From the IMG/VR virus record IMGVR_UViG_3300028597_000007: a DNA stretch of 64,000 nt. One strand, given 5' to 3'. This DNA is from a virus. Positions 8,701 through 18,814 of the stretch are shown here, in pieces. A program made the position numbers and the translations under genes. Under the pieces are notes generated by a model. The model was not told the origin of the DNA. It searched no databases and saw only the letters and a program-made list of their open reading frames with translations. Position 1 is the first letter of the stretch. The number at the start of each line of letters is the position of its first letter.

Positions 8701-9447
8701 ATGTCTGGTGGCAACGAATCCCGTGTCAACATTCCAACCGCACTGATCGAATTCCGTCTGCGCCTCACCGCCGACAAACTTCCAGAAGGTCGTAAGAACC
8801 CGAACCTGGAAGTCAGCGTCAACAAGAAGAACGAGATCCAGATCAGCTGCAACACCGGTATCTTCGGCGCCGACAATGCCCAGGTGCGCATCGATGGCAA
8901 GCTGGGTCTGCTGGACTTCAACGCCCTGCACACCTACGTGGAGAACATCCACAAGGAAGCCGCCGGCCACAAGTACCCGCTGATCCGTCTGTACGGCCCG
9001 CGCAAGAAGCGCACCCCGCAGGATTCCGGCAAGGGTCTGGACGCAGTGCTGATCGTCGGCAAAGATGCCAACGGCGTGTGCTACATGTCCGTCATGCGCA
9101 AAGATGCCCCGCAGGTCAAGTTCGTGTTCCAGCCAGGCCGTTGGGTTGACCTGGTCGATGCCAACACCCAGCAGCCTCTGCCACTGGCCGACATCTCCAA
9201 CCTGTACTCGCAGGCCTGGGCCAAGACCTTCGCCCCTCTGGTCACCTACGCGCTGAATGTCAAGGTCTACGACTTCCGCGAAGACAACCAGCAAGGTGGC
9301 AACGGCGGCGGTAACAACTACCAGAACAACGGCGGTAGCAACAACAACTACCAGAACAACAACCGCGGCGGTGGTCAGCAACAGCAGCAACAAGCTCCTG
9401 CACCGGCCGGCGACTTCAACGGGTTCGATGACGACATCCCGCTGTAA
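8701..9447 (+). CDS. chmC: ChmC-like nucleic-acid-binding protein with N/G/Q-rich tail and SSB-like acidic tip
   Basis: AGGAG RBS; directly upstream of the gp68-like and PicA-like genes; disordered tail ending FDDDIPL; high-expression codon bias. Name assigned by synteny. Confidence 0.7.
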   Translation: MSGGNESRVNIPTALIEFRLRLTADKLPEGRKNPNLEVSVNKKNEIQISCNTGIFGADNAQVRIDGKLGLLDFNALHTYVENIHKEAAGHKYPLIRLYGPRKKRTPQDSGKGLDAVLIVGKDANGVCYMSVMRKDAPQVKFVFQPGRWVDLVDANTQQPLPLADISNLYSQAWAKTFAPLVTYALNVKVYDFREDNQQGGNGGGNNYQNNGGSNNNYQNNNRGGGQQQQQQAPAPAGDFNGFDDDIPL

Positions 9448-9460
9448 TTGCTTTTGAAAA

Positions 9461-9494
9461 AAACGGTGGGCCAGGAATGGTCCTCCGTTTATGC
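9461..9494 (+). terminator. GGAA-loop hairpin followed by TATGC
   Basis: aaacgg-t-gggcca-ggaa-tggtcc-t-ccgttt, then TATGCTGTCG. Confidence 0.6.
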
Positions 9495-9514
9495 TGTCGT
9501 CTAGGAAATGACGA

Positions 9515-9541
9515 TTTTTGAAACCTAAATTATCAAGTTGA
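9515..9541 (+). promoter_or_regulatory. Putative early (virion-RNAP) promoter motif
   Basis: TTTTTGAAACCTAAATTATCAAGTTGA, identical to 57705-57731. Confidence 0.65.
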
Positions 9542-9592
9542 GATCCTCCCCAAAAGGAACTCTAGATCGACAACAAAAGGAGTCATCGCTTT

Positions 9593-11116
9593 ATGGAGAT
9601 CCAAATTGAAGGTTACTCTCCAACAGGCGCCTTCAAGCGAGTGGCTACCGTGCATAACGGTGAGTCCATTTCGTGGAACACGCAGACTTATTCCAAGCTG
9701 AAGTTCCACAATGCGGCTGTGATCTTTTCGGAGATCAATGCGCTCTGGGCTACGCTACCCATGGCAGCTCAGGACAAGATCTTCGCGGCGTACAAAGAGG
9801 TCCATCAACACCTCACTGAACCTGAGGATAATAAGCAGCAGGTCGAAAGGCTCATGGTGCTTATCGTTGAGATCTACAAGCACTACACGGCCAAAGATGC
9901 CGAGGATATCGTCAATGGGTTGAACCTGACATATCCAAGCTCGATGGCTGAGACCTACGGCGACAGTGGCGACAACGGGCGTACCCATACCCGTGCCGAC
10001 TACCATCGCCTGGTCCAACTGGCAATCCGGCTGCGCCCCATGTTGCCGGTGTTCGGCCAGTACATTCATACGTTCCTCGACCAACCGGGCTCGCAATACC
10101 GTGAGACCAGTGCGGTCAAGATCCTGAACGATACGGACGTACTGACCATGCCAGCGGTGGAGAAGTTGGTAAGTTTCATGGAGGCAACTCTGAAGAACTT
10201 CCAGCATCAGAACTCCGCCATTCTGGGAGGGAAGCTGGGTACTGCAGAAATGCCTTACTGGCTGGTCGCCAAGGCAATCTTCCGCAGGATCGCACCCGGC
10301 GAAGTACACAGCGTGGACGATGTATCTTCCATCATCACCAACGTGTACAACTTTGTGGTGAAGTCGACCCTCGACTCCATCCCCAGGAACTTTGGTGGCA
10401 CCAAAAACAAAACCCGCACCACAGAAGGTTCGAACAAAGACGAGAACGTTTCCTTGCTGGAAGCGATTCGAATCCGTGAGCAAATCTCTGGCGGGCGTAA
10501 GAAAGTGGTTGACGTGTATTCGCGTAACATCCTGTTCACAGCGCGTCGGGTAGATCCGACCGTGCCTGAGGCCATGGTGGAAGAATGCACCCGACCAGAC
10601 ATCACCAGACTGAACCGTGACGTGCATGAAGTGCAGTCGATCATGGCGCGTTGGGTAATGTCGCGAGGCCAGCCACCGTCGCACTATGACCTGCTCAAGC
10701 GCGAGCCGGTGTTCCGCTTCCTCGGGGCTGCTCAAGCCCTGCTCTGGCACTGGGGCTACCTGGAGCTGGCTGCATTGATGGATGCGGTTCCCCTGCAAGA
10801 CCTGACCATGGCTCCCTCGGCCACGCTGTGGGCACGAGAAGAGCTTAGCAAGGATCGTCTGGAACTGCTACGTGAGCGGTATCCACACGTGTCGCAACTG
10901 ACCCGCGGTAGCCAGAATCCCGATGAGGCTATCAAGGGTGTCGTGGAGAACGCAGAGCTTGCTCGCATGATCCACAGTGAAGAATGGGTCCTGGCAAAAG
11001 ACTCTCGGTTCTACGATCTCGTGAACCACAATGAGCAAGGACATCTGATCCTGTCCCCAGGCTTTAGAAACACCATCGCAGACCTGCAGCTTCAAGTATC
11101 TGCTGGTACGTGGTAA
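9593..11116 (+). CDS. nvRNAP fifth (promoter-specificity) subunit, phiKZ gp68-like
   Basis: 507 aa; AGGAG RBS; position between ChmC-like and PicA-like genes. Assigned by synteny and size. Confidence 0.7.
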   Translation: MEIQIEGYSPTGAFKRVATVHNGESISWNTQTYSKLKFHNAAVIFSEINALWATLPMAAQDKIFAAYKEVHQHLTEPEDNKQQVERLMVLIVEIYKHYTAKDAEDIVNGLNLTYPSSMAETYGDSGDNGRTHTRADYHRLVQLAIRLRPMLPVFGQYIHTFLDQPGSQYRETSAVKILNDTDVLTMPAVEKLVSFMEATLKNFQHQNSAILGGKLGTAEMPYWLVAKAIFRRIAPGEVHSVDDVSSIITNVYNFVVKSTLDSIPRNFGGTKNKTRTTEGSNKDENVSLLEAIRIREQISGGRKKVVDVYSRNILFTARRVDPTVPEAMVEECTRPDITRLNRDVHEVQSIMARWVMSRGQPPSHYDLLKREPVFRFLGAAQALLWHWGYLELAALMDAVPLQDLTMAPSATLWAREELSKDRLELLRERYPHVSQLTRGSQNPDEAIKGVVENAELARMIHSEEWVLAKDSRFYDLVNHNEQGHLILSPGFRNTIADLQLQVSAGTW

Positions 11117-11143
11117 GCAATTTCAAATTTAGGAGTTAGGCAT

Positions 11144-12757
11144 ATGAAAACTGGCGTAAAGATTCTGAACATCCTGTTGGCCGAAGCAGTTCCATCGGTA
11201 CAGTTGTTCCACCGTCCGTGGGAAGTGAACTATCGCCCAGAGTACCTGGATGGGCTGATGGAGTCCACCAATGACGGTACCAACCTGTCGCCGGGCGCGA
11301 TCAAGCGCGTGGCTAACCAGATGCTGGTTCCTTCTGCCGCTCATACCGGGGCCGTGCAAATCGCAAACGGCTTCGATACCCAGCGCTTCACCGTGACCTT
11401 CGTCGTTGAAACTGAAAACGTCGGCGGCCGCAAGACTCAGGAGATCCTCTCCGGCTACACCGACCACATGGGCATTGGTGGTACCGATACCAACCCGATC
11501 TACAACCCAGAGATGCGCTTCTTCTTCAACCACATGGGCACGCTGCAAATCACCCAAGGTTCCGGTGCTCTGGGTTACGGCATGTTCACCTTCGGCAACG
11601 CCACCGAGATCCTGACGCCGATGATTGGCTGGGATAACCAGGAGCACGTGCCAGTGGTCAACCGCCAAGCTACCGCCATGCGTCCTCGCGACGTTCTGGC
11701 CAGCATGGGCGAAGGCGCATTCTCCGGCATGGGTATGACCACCGGCCAAAGTCAGCTGAACGGCGCCCCTGTTCTGGCCAACACTGGTTATCAATTCGGT
11801 GCCCGTGCCAAGCGTTCCAGCTTCGACAACACCGACTCGGCCGAATACCTGAGCCGCGTGTTCACTAGCGTGCGCGATGTGAGCCTGTCCAATGAGAGCG
11901 ATGCCCGTACCTACGGCACCTCCCTGCAGCAGGCTGGTGAGAACAACTACACCGCTGAGCCGCTGACCTCCAACTCGGCCATGATGCTGCTCCTACAGCG
12001 CCGTAGCCAGTACCAGTCCGAGTGGTCCGTAACCCTGGGTGAGCTGTGCCAGATTGACCCAACCATCGCTCAGCGTATCCAACCGATCCGCATGAAGCGC
12101 GACTATGTTCACACCATGGCCGCTATGATGGGTAACACCGACGGCTGGGGCGAAACCAGCAATGAGTCCCAAGTGGCTCAGCTGGCTACCATGATCATGC
12201 CGAATGCCATGGCGAAGTTTGCTCTGGGTATGCTGCACTTCATCGCACACACCGACACCCTCGATGGCTCTGTCGACCTGCGCATCATGAACGCAGCTGG
12301 TGTGGCTCAAGGTATCGATCCTAAGCCGATCATCAACATGATCCGTCACCACCTGATCTACGAAGTATATCCGACTCTCACCAAGCAAGGTGCGATTAAG
12401 CTGTACATCGAAGCGAACATCTCGCTGAACCGGATCTCGAACGTGATCGTGTCGGTCAACGGCGGTGAGAAGAAGCCGTTCCCAATCGCGACCTACTGCT
12501 CGGCCCTGTATTCGCCAAACCTTGCACCGAACGTGCAGCGTCTGGAGTCTCTGGCATCCGACCTCAGTGTCGTATCGGCGCAGCTCACTGCGGCGGCAAT
12601 CAACCATGGTCCAGGCATCATCCGTCCAGATGGTGGCCAGTTCCACAATATGAACTACGGTGGGAGCAGCATTGCCGCTACTCCGATCGCTGATCTCAAC
12701 GTTAATCTGTCGGGCCAGGGCGGCGTCCCAGGCACTGGCAATGGTCGTGGCTTCTAA
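11144..12757 (+). CDS. picA: PicA/Imp1-like nuclear import factor (phiKZ gp69 position)
   Basis: 537 aa directly after the gp68-like gene in the conserved block. Assigned by synteny. Confidence 0.68.
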   Translation: MKTGVKILNILLAEAVPSVQLFHRPWEVNYRPEYLDGLMESTNDGTNLSPGAIKRVANQMLVPSAAHTGAVQIANGFDTQRFTVTFVVETENVGGRKTQEILSGYTDHMGIGGTDTNPIYNPEMRFFFNHMGTLQITQGSGALGYGMFTFGNATEILTPMIGWDNQEHVPVVNRQATAMRPRDVLASMGEGAFSGMGMTTGQSQLNGAPVLANTGYQFGARAKRSSFDNTDSAEYLSRVFTSVRDVSLSNESDARTYGTSLQQAGENNYTAEPLTSNSAMMLLLQRRSQYQSEWSVTLGELCQIDPTIAQRIQPIRMKRDYVHTMAAMMGNTDGWGETSNESQVAQLATMIMPNAMAKFALGMLHFIAHTDTLDGSVDLRIMNAAGVAQGIDPKPIINMIRHHLIYEVYPTLTKQGAIKLYIEANISLNRISNVIVSVNGGEKKPFPIATYCSALYSPNLAPNVQRLESLASDLSVVSAQLTAAAINHGPGIIRPDGGQFHNMNYGGSSIAATPIADLNVNLSGQGGVPGTGNGRGF

Positions 12758-12766
12758 GGGGTAACC

Positions 12767-14122
12767 ATGAACGCAAAGGAAAAAACACTCAGCTTCTTGA
12801 CCAGCATCCTCGTCTCGTTGGGTGCTTCGGTCAAGGGTCGAGCGGTGGTGATTGAAACCGAAGACGGTGAAGATCCCATCGTGATCGATGGCAAGACGCT
12901 GGTCATGCCTACCGATGAAACGCTCAAGCTCTCCAACTGGGATACGGAGATTCCGTTCTTCCCACTCTGCGAGAGCATCCTGCGCGGTGAATCTGAAGTT
13001 CAGCAAGAGCTGCTCGACATGATTCGCAGCGCCGTCAACATCCGCCTGGCCTCGCTTGTCTGGCAAATGTTCAAAGTAGCGAACTCCGACGAGTGCAAGG
13101 CTAACAAGCTCAGTCCAGAACAGGCAGAGTTCCTGCCTTGTCTGCCTGGCTTCGATGCCGAGATGGTCAAACGCATCGGTAAGGTAGTGCTTGGCGTAGA
13201 TCCGTCCGAGTACAAGTCCAGCCTGGTTCACATGAACCTCAAGCGCCGCGCCAAGATCAATGGCAAGGCGTACGATCGTGCATGTCTGGTTCGCTTCCCT
13301 CTGGCCGAGATGGAACGCAAGGAGAAGCCTTACAGCGCCGACCTGCGTGTCAAGGACATGGATGCACTGACCAACCTGCTGGACTACGTGCTGCCTAACT
13401 GGCAGGTGGAGAACACCTACAGCCGTGGCACCGATAGCCAGGTCGCCCCGTACTTCGTGGCAAGCCTGCTGGCCTACCAGAACATCAATGCCCGTATCAC
13501 TGAGCTGGCCAAGCGCTTCGAACCAACCTTCCCGATCTTCGGGACGCTGGTCAACGAAGATGACTGGGTCGAGTGCATGGATGATCTGTCGCGCATGCGC
13601 GACAGCATGCCGAACCTGCCGGGCAACGATGGTAAGGTTGTGCGCGGTCAGGCCGATGCTCCGATCATCGACGATCCAAAGCCTGCTCGTGGCGTACAGA
13701 TGCCAACTCCAAGCGCAGCTCCTCAGCGTCAGCCGGGTAGCCTGCCATGGGAAGATCAACCGCAGCAAGAGCAGCGCCCGGTCGAACGTCGTGTGGTGGA
13801 CGATGAGGCTGTCGAGTACAAGCCGCGTCAACAACCGCAGTACGGCAACCCAGGTCACATCCCGGTGCATCAGCCAGTGCACACTGGTGGTCCGAACGGC
13901 TATGGTAACCAGAACCATCAGCCAAGCTTCGCCGAACTGCAGCGCCAACGTCAGCAAGGCCACTACGGCTACGCTACCGTGAACACGCAGCCAGAAGTTG
14001 GCGGTAGTCCGTTCAGCAGCAGTGCACAACCAGGTTCCACGACTAACGTGGGTAACTACAACGTCAGCTACACGACCGCGAACAACGGGTATAGCACCCA
14101 GCCTCAAGGTCGGGGCTACTAA
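12767..14122 (+). CDS. Conserved protein (phiKZ gp70 position) with P/Q/G/N/Y-rich disordered C-terminus
   Basis: 451 aa; low-complexity C-terminal ~150 aa; synteny. Confidence 0.7.
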   Translation: MNAKEKTLSFLTSILVSLGASVKGRAVVIETEDGEDPIVIDGKTLVMPTDETLKLSNWDTEIPFFPLCESILRGESEVQQELLDMIRSAVNIRLASLVWQMFKVANSDECKANKLSPEQAEFLPCLPGFDAEMVKRIGKVVLGVDPSEYKSSLVHMNLKRRAKINGKAYDRACLVRFPLAEMERKEKPYSADLRVKDMDALTNLLDYVLPNWQVENTYSRGTDSQVAPYFVASLLAYQNINARITELAKRFEPTFPIFGTLVNEDDWVECMDDLSRMRDSMPNLPGNDGKVVRGQADAPIIDDPKPARGVQMPTPSAAPQRQPGSLPWEDQPQQEQRPVERRVVDDEAVEYKPRQQPQYGNPGHIPVHQPVHTGGPNGYGNQNHQPSFAELQRQRQQGHYGYATVNTQPEVGGSPFSSSAQPGSTTNVGNYNVSYTTANNGYSTQPQGRGY

Positions 14123-14124
14123 CG

Positions 14125-14155
14125 GCATACTCCCCCGCCTTAACCGGCGGGGGAG
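14125..14155. terminator. Hairpin at convergent junction, TATGCCG on the minus strand
   Basis: TAA-CGGCATA, then ctcccccgcc-ttaacc-ggcgggggag. Confidence 0.7.
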
Positions 14156-14171
14156 ATTTATCACCTAGTTA

Positions 14172-14522
14172 TTATTTTAGCACCTTGCCGCGAGATGTAG
14201 CGTACAGTCCCTTAAGTGTCGTATATGACTCTTTGGTCGGAATGTACAAAACCTCGACACTGGCATCGAACGCTGTGGGTACTTCAATGTCGCTCATGCG
14301 CATCGTTGCGAAGTGATACTCAGGATGTATCTTCATCGAGGCCAGGTAACCGTAAAGGTCATACTGGTACTTGAAGGCTTGGTGTTGGTCCACGGTGTGA
14401 ACCTCAAACCGGCCATCCTGACGGAGGAACCCTCGATGAGTTTCAATCATCAAGCGGAACCCATCCTCGTTGGTAAGGGAATCGGGTGTAGCAATCGCCA
14501 GCTTTCTCAGTGGTGAGCCCAT
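14172..14522 (-). CDS. Small counter-oriented protein, possibly LysM/T4 gp53-like
   Basis: AGGA RBS before ATG at 14522 (the ORF track starts upstream at 14588); YQYDLYGY..PEYHFATMRMSDIEVP loosely resembles LysM-type wedge proteins. Confidence 0.55.
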   Translation of the reverse strand: MGSPLRKLAIATPDSLTNEDGFRLMIETHRGFLRQDGRFEVHTVDQHQAFKYQYDLYGYLASMKIHPEYHFATMRMSDIEVPTAFDASVEVLYIPTKESYTTLKGLYATSRGKVLK

Positions 14523-14553
14523 AGTTGATTTCCTGCAGTAAGGGAATTTCAGA

Positions 14554-14571
14554 CCTAAAGTATCTAGGTGA
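14554..14571 (+). promoter_or_regulatory. Putative early promoter motif
   Basis: CCTAAAGTATCTAGGTGA matches CCTAAAnTATCnAnnTGA, upstream of the nvRNAP beta gene. Confidence 0.6.
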
Positions 14572-14647
14572 AGGTTATACAACCTCAATTGCTGTTAGGC
14601 TTTGTCTATGACGATTACTTCCGTCGTTGTCGACAAAAGGAGATAAG

Positions 14648-16750
14648 ATGCCTCGTTCAAAGGTCAATCAACTGCATCCAGAGTTTCTCTCGACGCAGAA
14701 CTTGAACCCATTCGTGGGTAACGACTCGGCGTCGCGTAAGCAGATGATGGCAGGCAACATGCCCCAAGCGTTGTCCCTGCTCAATCCAACTCGTCGGATT
14801 CTCATGACGGGTATGGAACCTGAATACGCGAAGTACGTGTTTAAGATCGAGATGCCGTGTGACGCTTATGTCATCGACGTCATCGATCGCGTTACTGCCA
14901 GTAACGTAAAAGGAGCGTTGAAACGTAACCCATCAACCCTCGTGATTTACGAGGACATCAAGACCGGTGAAGTGGGGCAGTTGAACATCCCCGAGTACCT
15001 GTCGTTCCACAAGCGGTTTGGTTTTGAGCTGGTGAAGAACCCAGAGGCCATGGCCTTGCTCAAGCCAGGGAACGGCGTCCCCAAAGGTACAGTCTTCGCC
15101 CAGCCTGCTACTGTGACACCGGAAGGTGAATACATGTACGGGCGTGAGCTGTCCTGCGTCTGGGCAACCTTGCCAGGCGTAATTGAAGACGGTGGTATCA
15201 TTTCCGAGACCGCTGCGCGAAACATGTCAACTTACATTTACGAGGAGCGTTCTGCCTCGTACGGTAAGCAGGAATACCCGCTAAACCTGTTCGGCGACGA
15301 CAGCGTCTACAAGCTTTGCCCGGATGTGGGTGAGTTCGTGGGTGACGACGGTATCCTCATGGCGTTCCGTAAGAAACGTGACATGATGGGTACCGTCGAG
15401 ATGACGCCAGAACGACTGCGCAAGATCGACCGCATCTTCGATCGCCAGATCAAGGTGCCGCCAGGATCTGAAGTGGTTGACATCCAGGTTCAGCACGACA
15501 GCGAACAACGTGTGAACAATACGCCACTCGGCATGGAGTACACACCGAACCGCTATGACGATGCACAGCGCCGTTACTATCAGCGCATCATCGCCAAGTA
15601 CCGTGAGCTGGAGCAACGTGGTGAAGGTCTGTCGCTAACGCGTGAATTCCACCGTCAGGTGGTTGAAGCGCTGGTGTACATGAACCCGTACCATAAAGGC
15701 GGTCGTAAACTCTGCTATCGCAAGGTAGAGCTGGATGACTGGCGCATCACCGTAACCATCCGTCGCGAGATCCGCGCTGGCATGGGCATCAAGATCACCT
15801 GTACCCATGGTGGTAAGGGTGTGATTGTAAAGGTGATGAAGGACGAGGATATGCCGCGCGACAAGCACGGCCGTATCATCGATCTGGTCATGGACCCTAT
15901 GTCGCTTACCAAGCGGATGAACATGGGTCGTGTGATCGAGCCTCGCATCAGTTCCGTCTGCATGGAGTACACCCGCCTGCTGCGTGAAGCACTGGGGTTG
16001 CGTGATGAGTTCACCGACTACAGTGTTGCTCAGACTGCATTGCAGAAGATGGCCGAAGATCAGCAACAAGAGTTCTTCAAGCGGTTCCTGAGCTTCTATG
16101 AGCTTATGAGCCCACGCATGCATAAGGGCATCGTCGACTTCCCAGACTTCGACGTTAAAGGTCACCTGACCACGGTGGCTTCCCATGGCATGCAGCTCTG
16201 GCTGCCGACTGACAACCCTGTGGTCTACTCGGACATTCTGCCGCGACTTAAAGCAGAGCATCCATGCAACTACAGTCAGATCACCTGGCGCAACGCGAAA
16301 GGCAAGTGGATCACCAGCCGCAAGGAAATGGTCGTAGGCTCTATCTACACGATCATGCTGGAGAAGATTGCCCGAGACTTGGCTGCCGTATCCTCGGCGA
16401 AGCTGCAGATCAACGGCGTTCCATCCAGGATTGCAAACAGCGACCGTTACAGCACCCACATCCGCATGCAGCCAATGCGCTTTGCAGGCGAGACCGAAGT
16501 GCGACTGATGCTGATGGCAATCGGCGGCATGGCGACACGGGACCTGTTGGAGCAAACCAACAACCCAGACTCTCACAGCATCGTCTATGAGAGCATCCTC
16601 TTGGCCGATCAACCAACGAACATTGAGGAGGTCATTCCACGCGATAAGTTCCCTGCAAACGGGCACCGCATCGCAAAACAGATCGAGCACCTACACATGT
16701 GTGCGGGTGTTGGATTCAGACTGGAACCTGACCACATTCCAACGGAGTGA
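14648..16750 (+). CDS. nvRNAP beta C-terminal subunit (phiKZ gp71-73-like), uninterrupted
   Basis: NPFVGNDSASRKQM, GIKITCTHGGKGVI, DLVMDPMSLTKRMNMG and PMRFAGETEV align to conserved RpoB motifs; AAGGAG RBS before ATG 14648. Confidence 0.92.
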   Translation: MPRSKVNQLHPEFLSTQNLNPFVGNDSASRKQMMAGNMPQALSLLNPTRRILMTGMEPEYAKYVFKIEMPCDAYVIDVIDRVTASNVKGALKRNPSTLVIYEDIKTGEVGQLNIPEYLSFHKRFGFELVKNPEAMALLKPGNGVPKGTVFAQPATVTPEGEYMYGRELSCVWATLPGVIEDGGIISETAARNMSTYIYEERSASYGKQEYPLNLFGDDSVYKLCPDVGEFVGDDGILMAFRKKRDMMGTVEMTPERLRKIDRIFDRQIKVPPGSEVVDIQVQHDSEQRVNNTPLGMEYTPNRYDDAQRRYYQRIIAKYRELEQRGEGLSLTREFHRQVVEALVYMNPYHKGGRKLCYRKVELDDWRITVTIRREIRAGMGIKITCTHGGKGVIVKVMKDEDMPRDKHGRIIDLVMDPMSLTKRMNMGRVIEPRISSVCMEYTRLLREALGLRDEFTDYSVAQTALQKMAEDQQQEFFKRFLSFYELMSPRMHKGIVDFPDFDVKGHLTTVASHGMQLWLPTDNPVVYSDILPRLKAEHPCNYSQITWRNAKGKWITSRKEMVVGSIYTIMLEKIARDLAAVSSAKLQINGVPSRIANSDRYSTHIRMQPMRFAGETEVRLMLMAIGGMATRDLLEQTNNPDSHSIVYESILLADQPTNIEEVIPRDKFPANGHRIAKQIEHLHMCAGVGFRLEPDHIPTE

Positions 16751-16755
16751 CCTGA

Positions 16756-18747
16756 ATGTCATTAGTAATTGAAGGGAGAACACTTCTGGGTATGCGCCCA
16801 GAACGTGTGAACGAATGGCTGATGGGTCAGGGCCTCGAAGAGGATGGCGCCTTTACCCTGAAGCTGGATGACGGGGAACATCCCTGCACTGTTCAGCGGG
16901 CGGTCTACTCGACGTTCTGCTGGAACTTCCAGCGCATCTGGCCAAAGACGCCGTTGGAAAAGCGTCACGTGTTGCTGTACCCGGATCGGATCACTAGCAA
17001 CGCACACTTGCAGCTGATGAAGCACAGCTATTGGGATACGTTCGACATCTACCTGGAGGCAGGTGAAGAACTGGATCTTGAGTACCTGGACCTCATTGGC
17101 TGTAAGTCGGCCAACGCCATCTACAACTACGCGGTTAATGAGCTGCAGGAATGGGTGGAAACCCTGTCGCTCGACGACTACGTGGACGTGGTGGAATCGC
17201 CGCTGATCAAACATGAGCTGGATACCGTTGAGCCGTCTCGCCGTGGTGTGAGTAATTGCCACGACAACATCGGTCGCCTGCTCATGACCAGCGATGACCT
17301 GGAGAAGAACACGCTGTCTGAGTTCTGCCGGTCGAAGTTCATCTCGCTGGGCCAGGTGTTGCAATGTATTGGTCCTAAAGGCTACCCAACCGAGATCAGT
17401 TCGGAATACTTCCGTCATCCGATCCTGAACTCGTTCTTGACTGGTCTGAACACGCTGTACGAAAGTGCAGCAGAGTCGCGCTCGGCTACCAAAGCGATGT
17501 ACTACTCGAAAGACCATGTTGAGAAGGGCGAATACTTCCAGCGTAAGATGCAGCTTGGCGCCTTCCCTGTGGCCAGGTTGTTCAAGGGCGACTGCGGTTC
17601 TACCAAGTACCTGCAGATCACCATGCGTGAGGATCTCCTCTACGCATTCGCTGGTAAGTACATGCTGGTGCCTGAGACTGGCAAGCTTAAAGCGATCTGG
17701 AAAGATAGCCGCGAGCTTATCGGTCAAACGATCCTGTTGCGTTCCTCGATCCACTGCCAGCGCTTCCACGAGCATGGCGTGTGCCAGACCTGCTTCGGCT
17801 ATCTTGGTCACTCGATCGTGCGCAACTCCAACCTCGGCCACATCTCGTCGTCTGAGCTGTGTAAGGATGCCTCCCAGGCGCTGCTGGCAGTTAAGCACAG
17901 CGATGCCACGGTGGACATTGCCGACGTTGCGCTCGGGGATCTGGAGCAGCTATTCCTCACGCCATCGGCGGACGAGGAGGTTGCAGACCTGCGGCTGTTG
18001 TACAACCCAGAGCTGCACAACCTGCGCATCGCGATCGACGAGCGCTACGTTCGCAACCTGCACGACATCAAGGTGGTTGACGATCTGTCCAAGCTGACCC
18101 TGTCCAACACCACGAGCATGTACTCCATGCAGCTGTGGTACGTGGACGAGGATGGTTTCGATCAGGTTCAACGACTGACAGTTGCCAACGGTTCCCGTCA
18201 GGCGTCGTTCACGCTGCAAGCGCTGGAGTACATCCGTAAAACCGGGTGGACCATCAGCGAAGGCATGGTGGTGGTCGACATGAAGGACTGGGAATTCGAA
18301 GACAGCCTGCTGTCGCTGCCGGTTCAGCATGCGAACATGTTGGAGTACATCAACGACGTGGAAACCTTCACCCGCTCTAGTGGCAAGGGCAGCGGAGATG
18401 GCGCACGCGATCGTCTGGTGAACTACGAGACTCTGGACGAGGGCTTGTTGATGATGAACAAGATGGTTTCCTCGAAGCTGTCTGTCAATATCGCCCACCA
18501 GGAAATCGTTATCTCCTGCATGACCGCCATCAGTGAAGATGACTCGCGCTTCCCGCGCATGCCATCGGAAGGGGTAATCCGTCCGTACGAAGATCTTATT
18601 CGTGATCGATCCCTCGCAGGGACTCTTTCTTACGAACATTTGGAACGTATTTATGGAAACCCACGTACCTATCTTAACCAGAACAGGTGCTACCATCCGA
18701 TGGACGCATTGCACGCCAACATTCCTGAAGGCATGACAGTGCTGTAA
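16756..18747 (+). CDS. nvRNAP beta' C-terminal subunit (phiKZ gp74-like)
   Basis: QVLQCIGPKGY, GEYFQRKM, GDCGS, LRSSIHC..GVCQTCFG and SQALLAVKH match RpoC C-terminal motifs. Confidence 0.9.
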   Translation: MSLVIEGRTLLGMRPERVNEWLMGQGLEEDGAFTLKLDDGEHPCTVQRAVYSTFCWNFQRIWPKTPLEKRHVLLYPDRITSNAHLQLMKHSYWDTFDIYLEAGEELDLEYLDLIGCKSANAIYNYAVNELQEWVETLSLDDYVDVVESPLIKHELDTVEPSRRGVSNCHDNIGRLLMTSDDLEKNTLSEFCRSKFISLGQVLQCIGPKGYPTEISSEYFRHPILNSFLTGLNTLYESAAESRSATKAMYYSKDHVEKGEYFQRKMQLGAFPVARLFKGDCGSTKYLQITMREDLLYAFAGKYMLVPETGKLKAIWKDSRELIGQTILLRSSIHCQRFHEHGVCQTCFGYLGHSIVRNSNLGHISSSELCKDASQALLAVKHSDATVDIADVALGDLEQLFLTPSADEEVADLRLLYNPELHNLRIAIDERYVRNLHDIKVVDDLSKLTLSNTTSMYSMQLWYVDEDGFDQVQRLTVANGSRQASFTLQALEYIRKTGWTISEGMVVVDMKDWEFEDSLLSLPVQHANMLEYINDVETFTRSSGKGSGDGARDRLVNYETLDEGLLMMNKMVSSKLSVNIAHQEIVISCMTAISEDDSRFPRMPSEGVIRPYEDLIRDRSLAGTLSYEHLERIYGNPRTYLNQNRCYHPMDALHANIPEGMTVL

Positions 18748-18758
18748 CAGGTGACTGC

Positions 18759-18798
18759 GCCCCCTCTTCGGAGGGGGCACGGCTCCCTGTATTTTTTT
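18759..18798 (+). terminator. UUCG hairpin with offset T7 tract
   Basis: gccccctc-ttcg-gagggggc ends at 18778; T7 at 18792-18798; no TATG. Confidence 0.6.
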
Positions 18799-18814
18799 GT
18801 GAGGGAGATAGCGA

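Noticed and set aside
9283-9400. aacaactaccagaacaac repeats as a CRISPR or DNA repeat array
   Set aside because: Only two copies, in frame, encoding NNYQNN in a protein tail.
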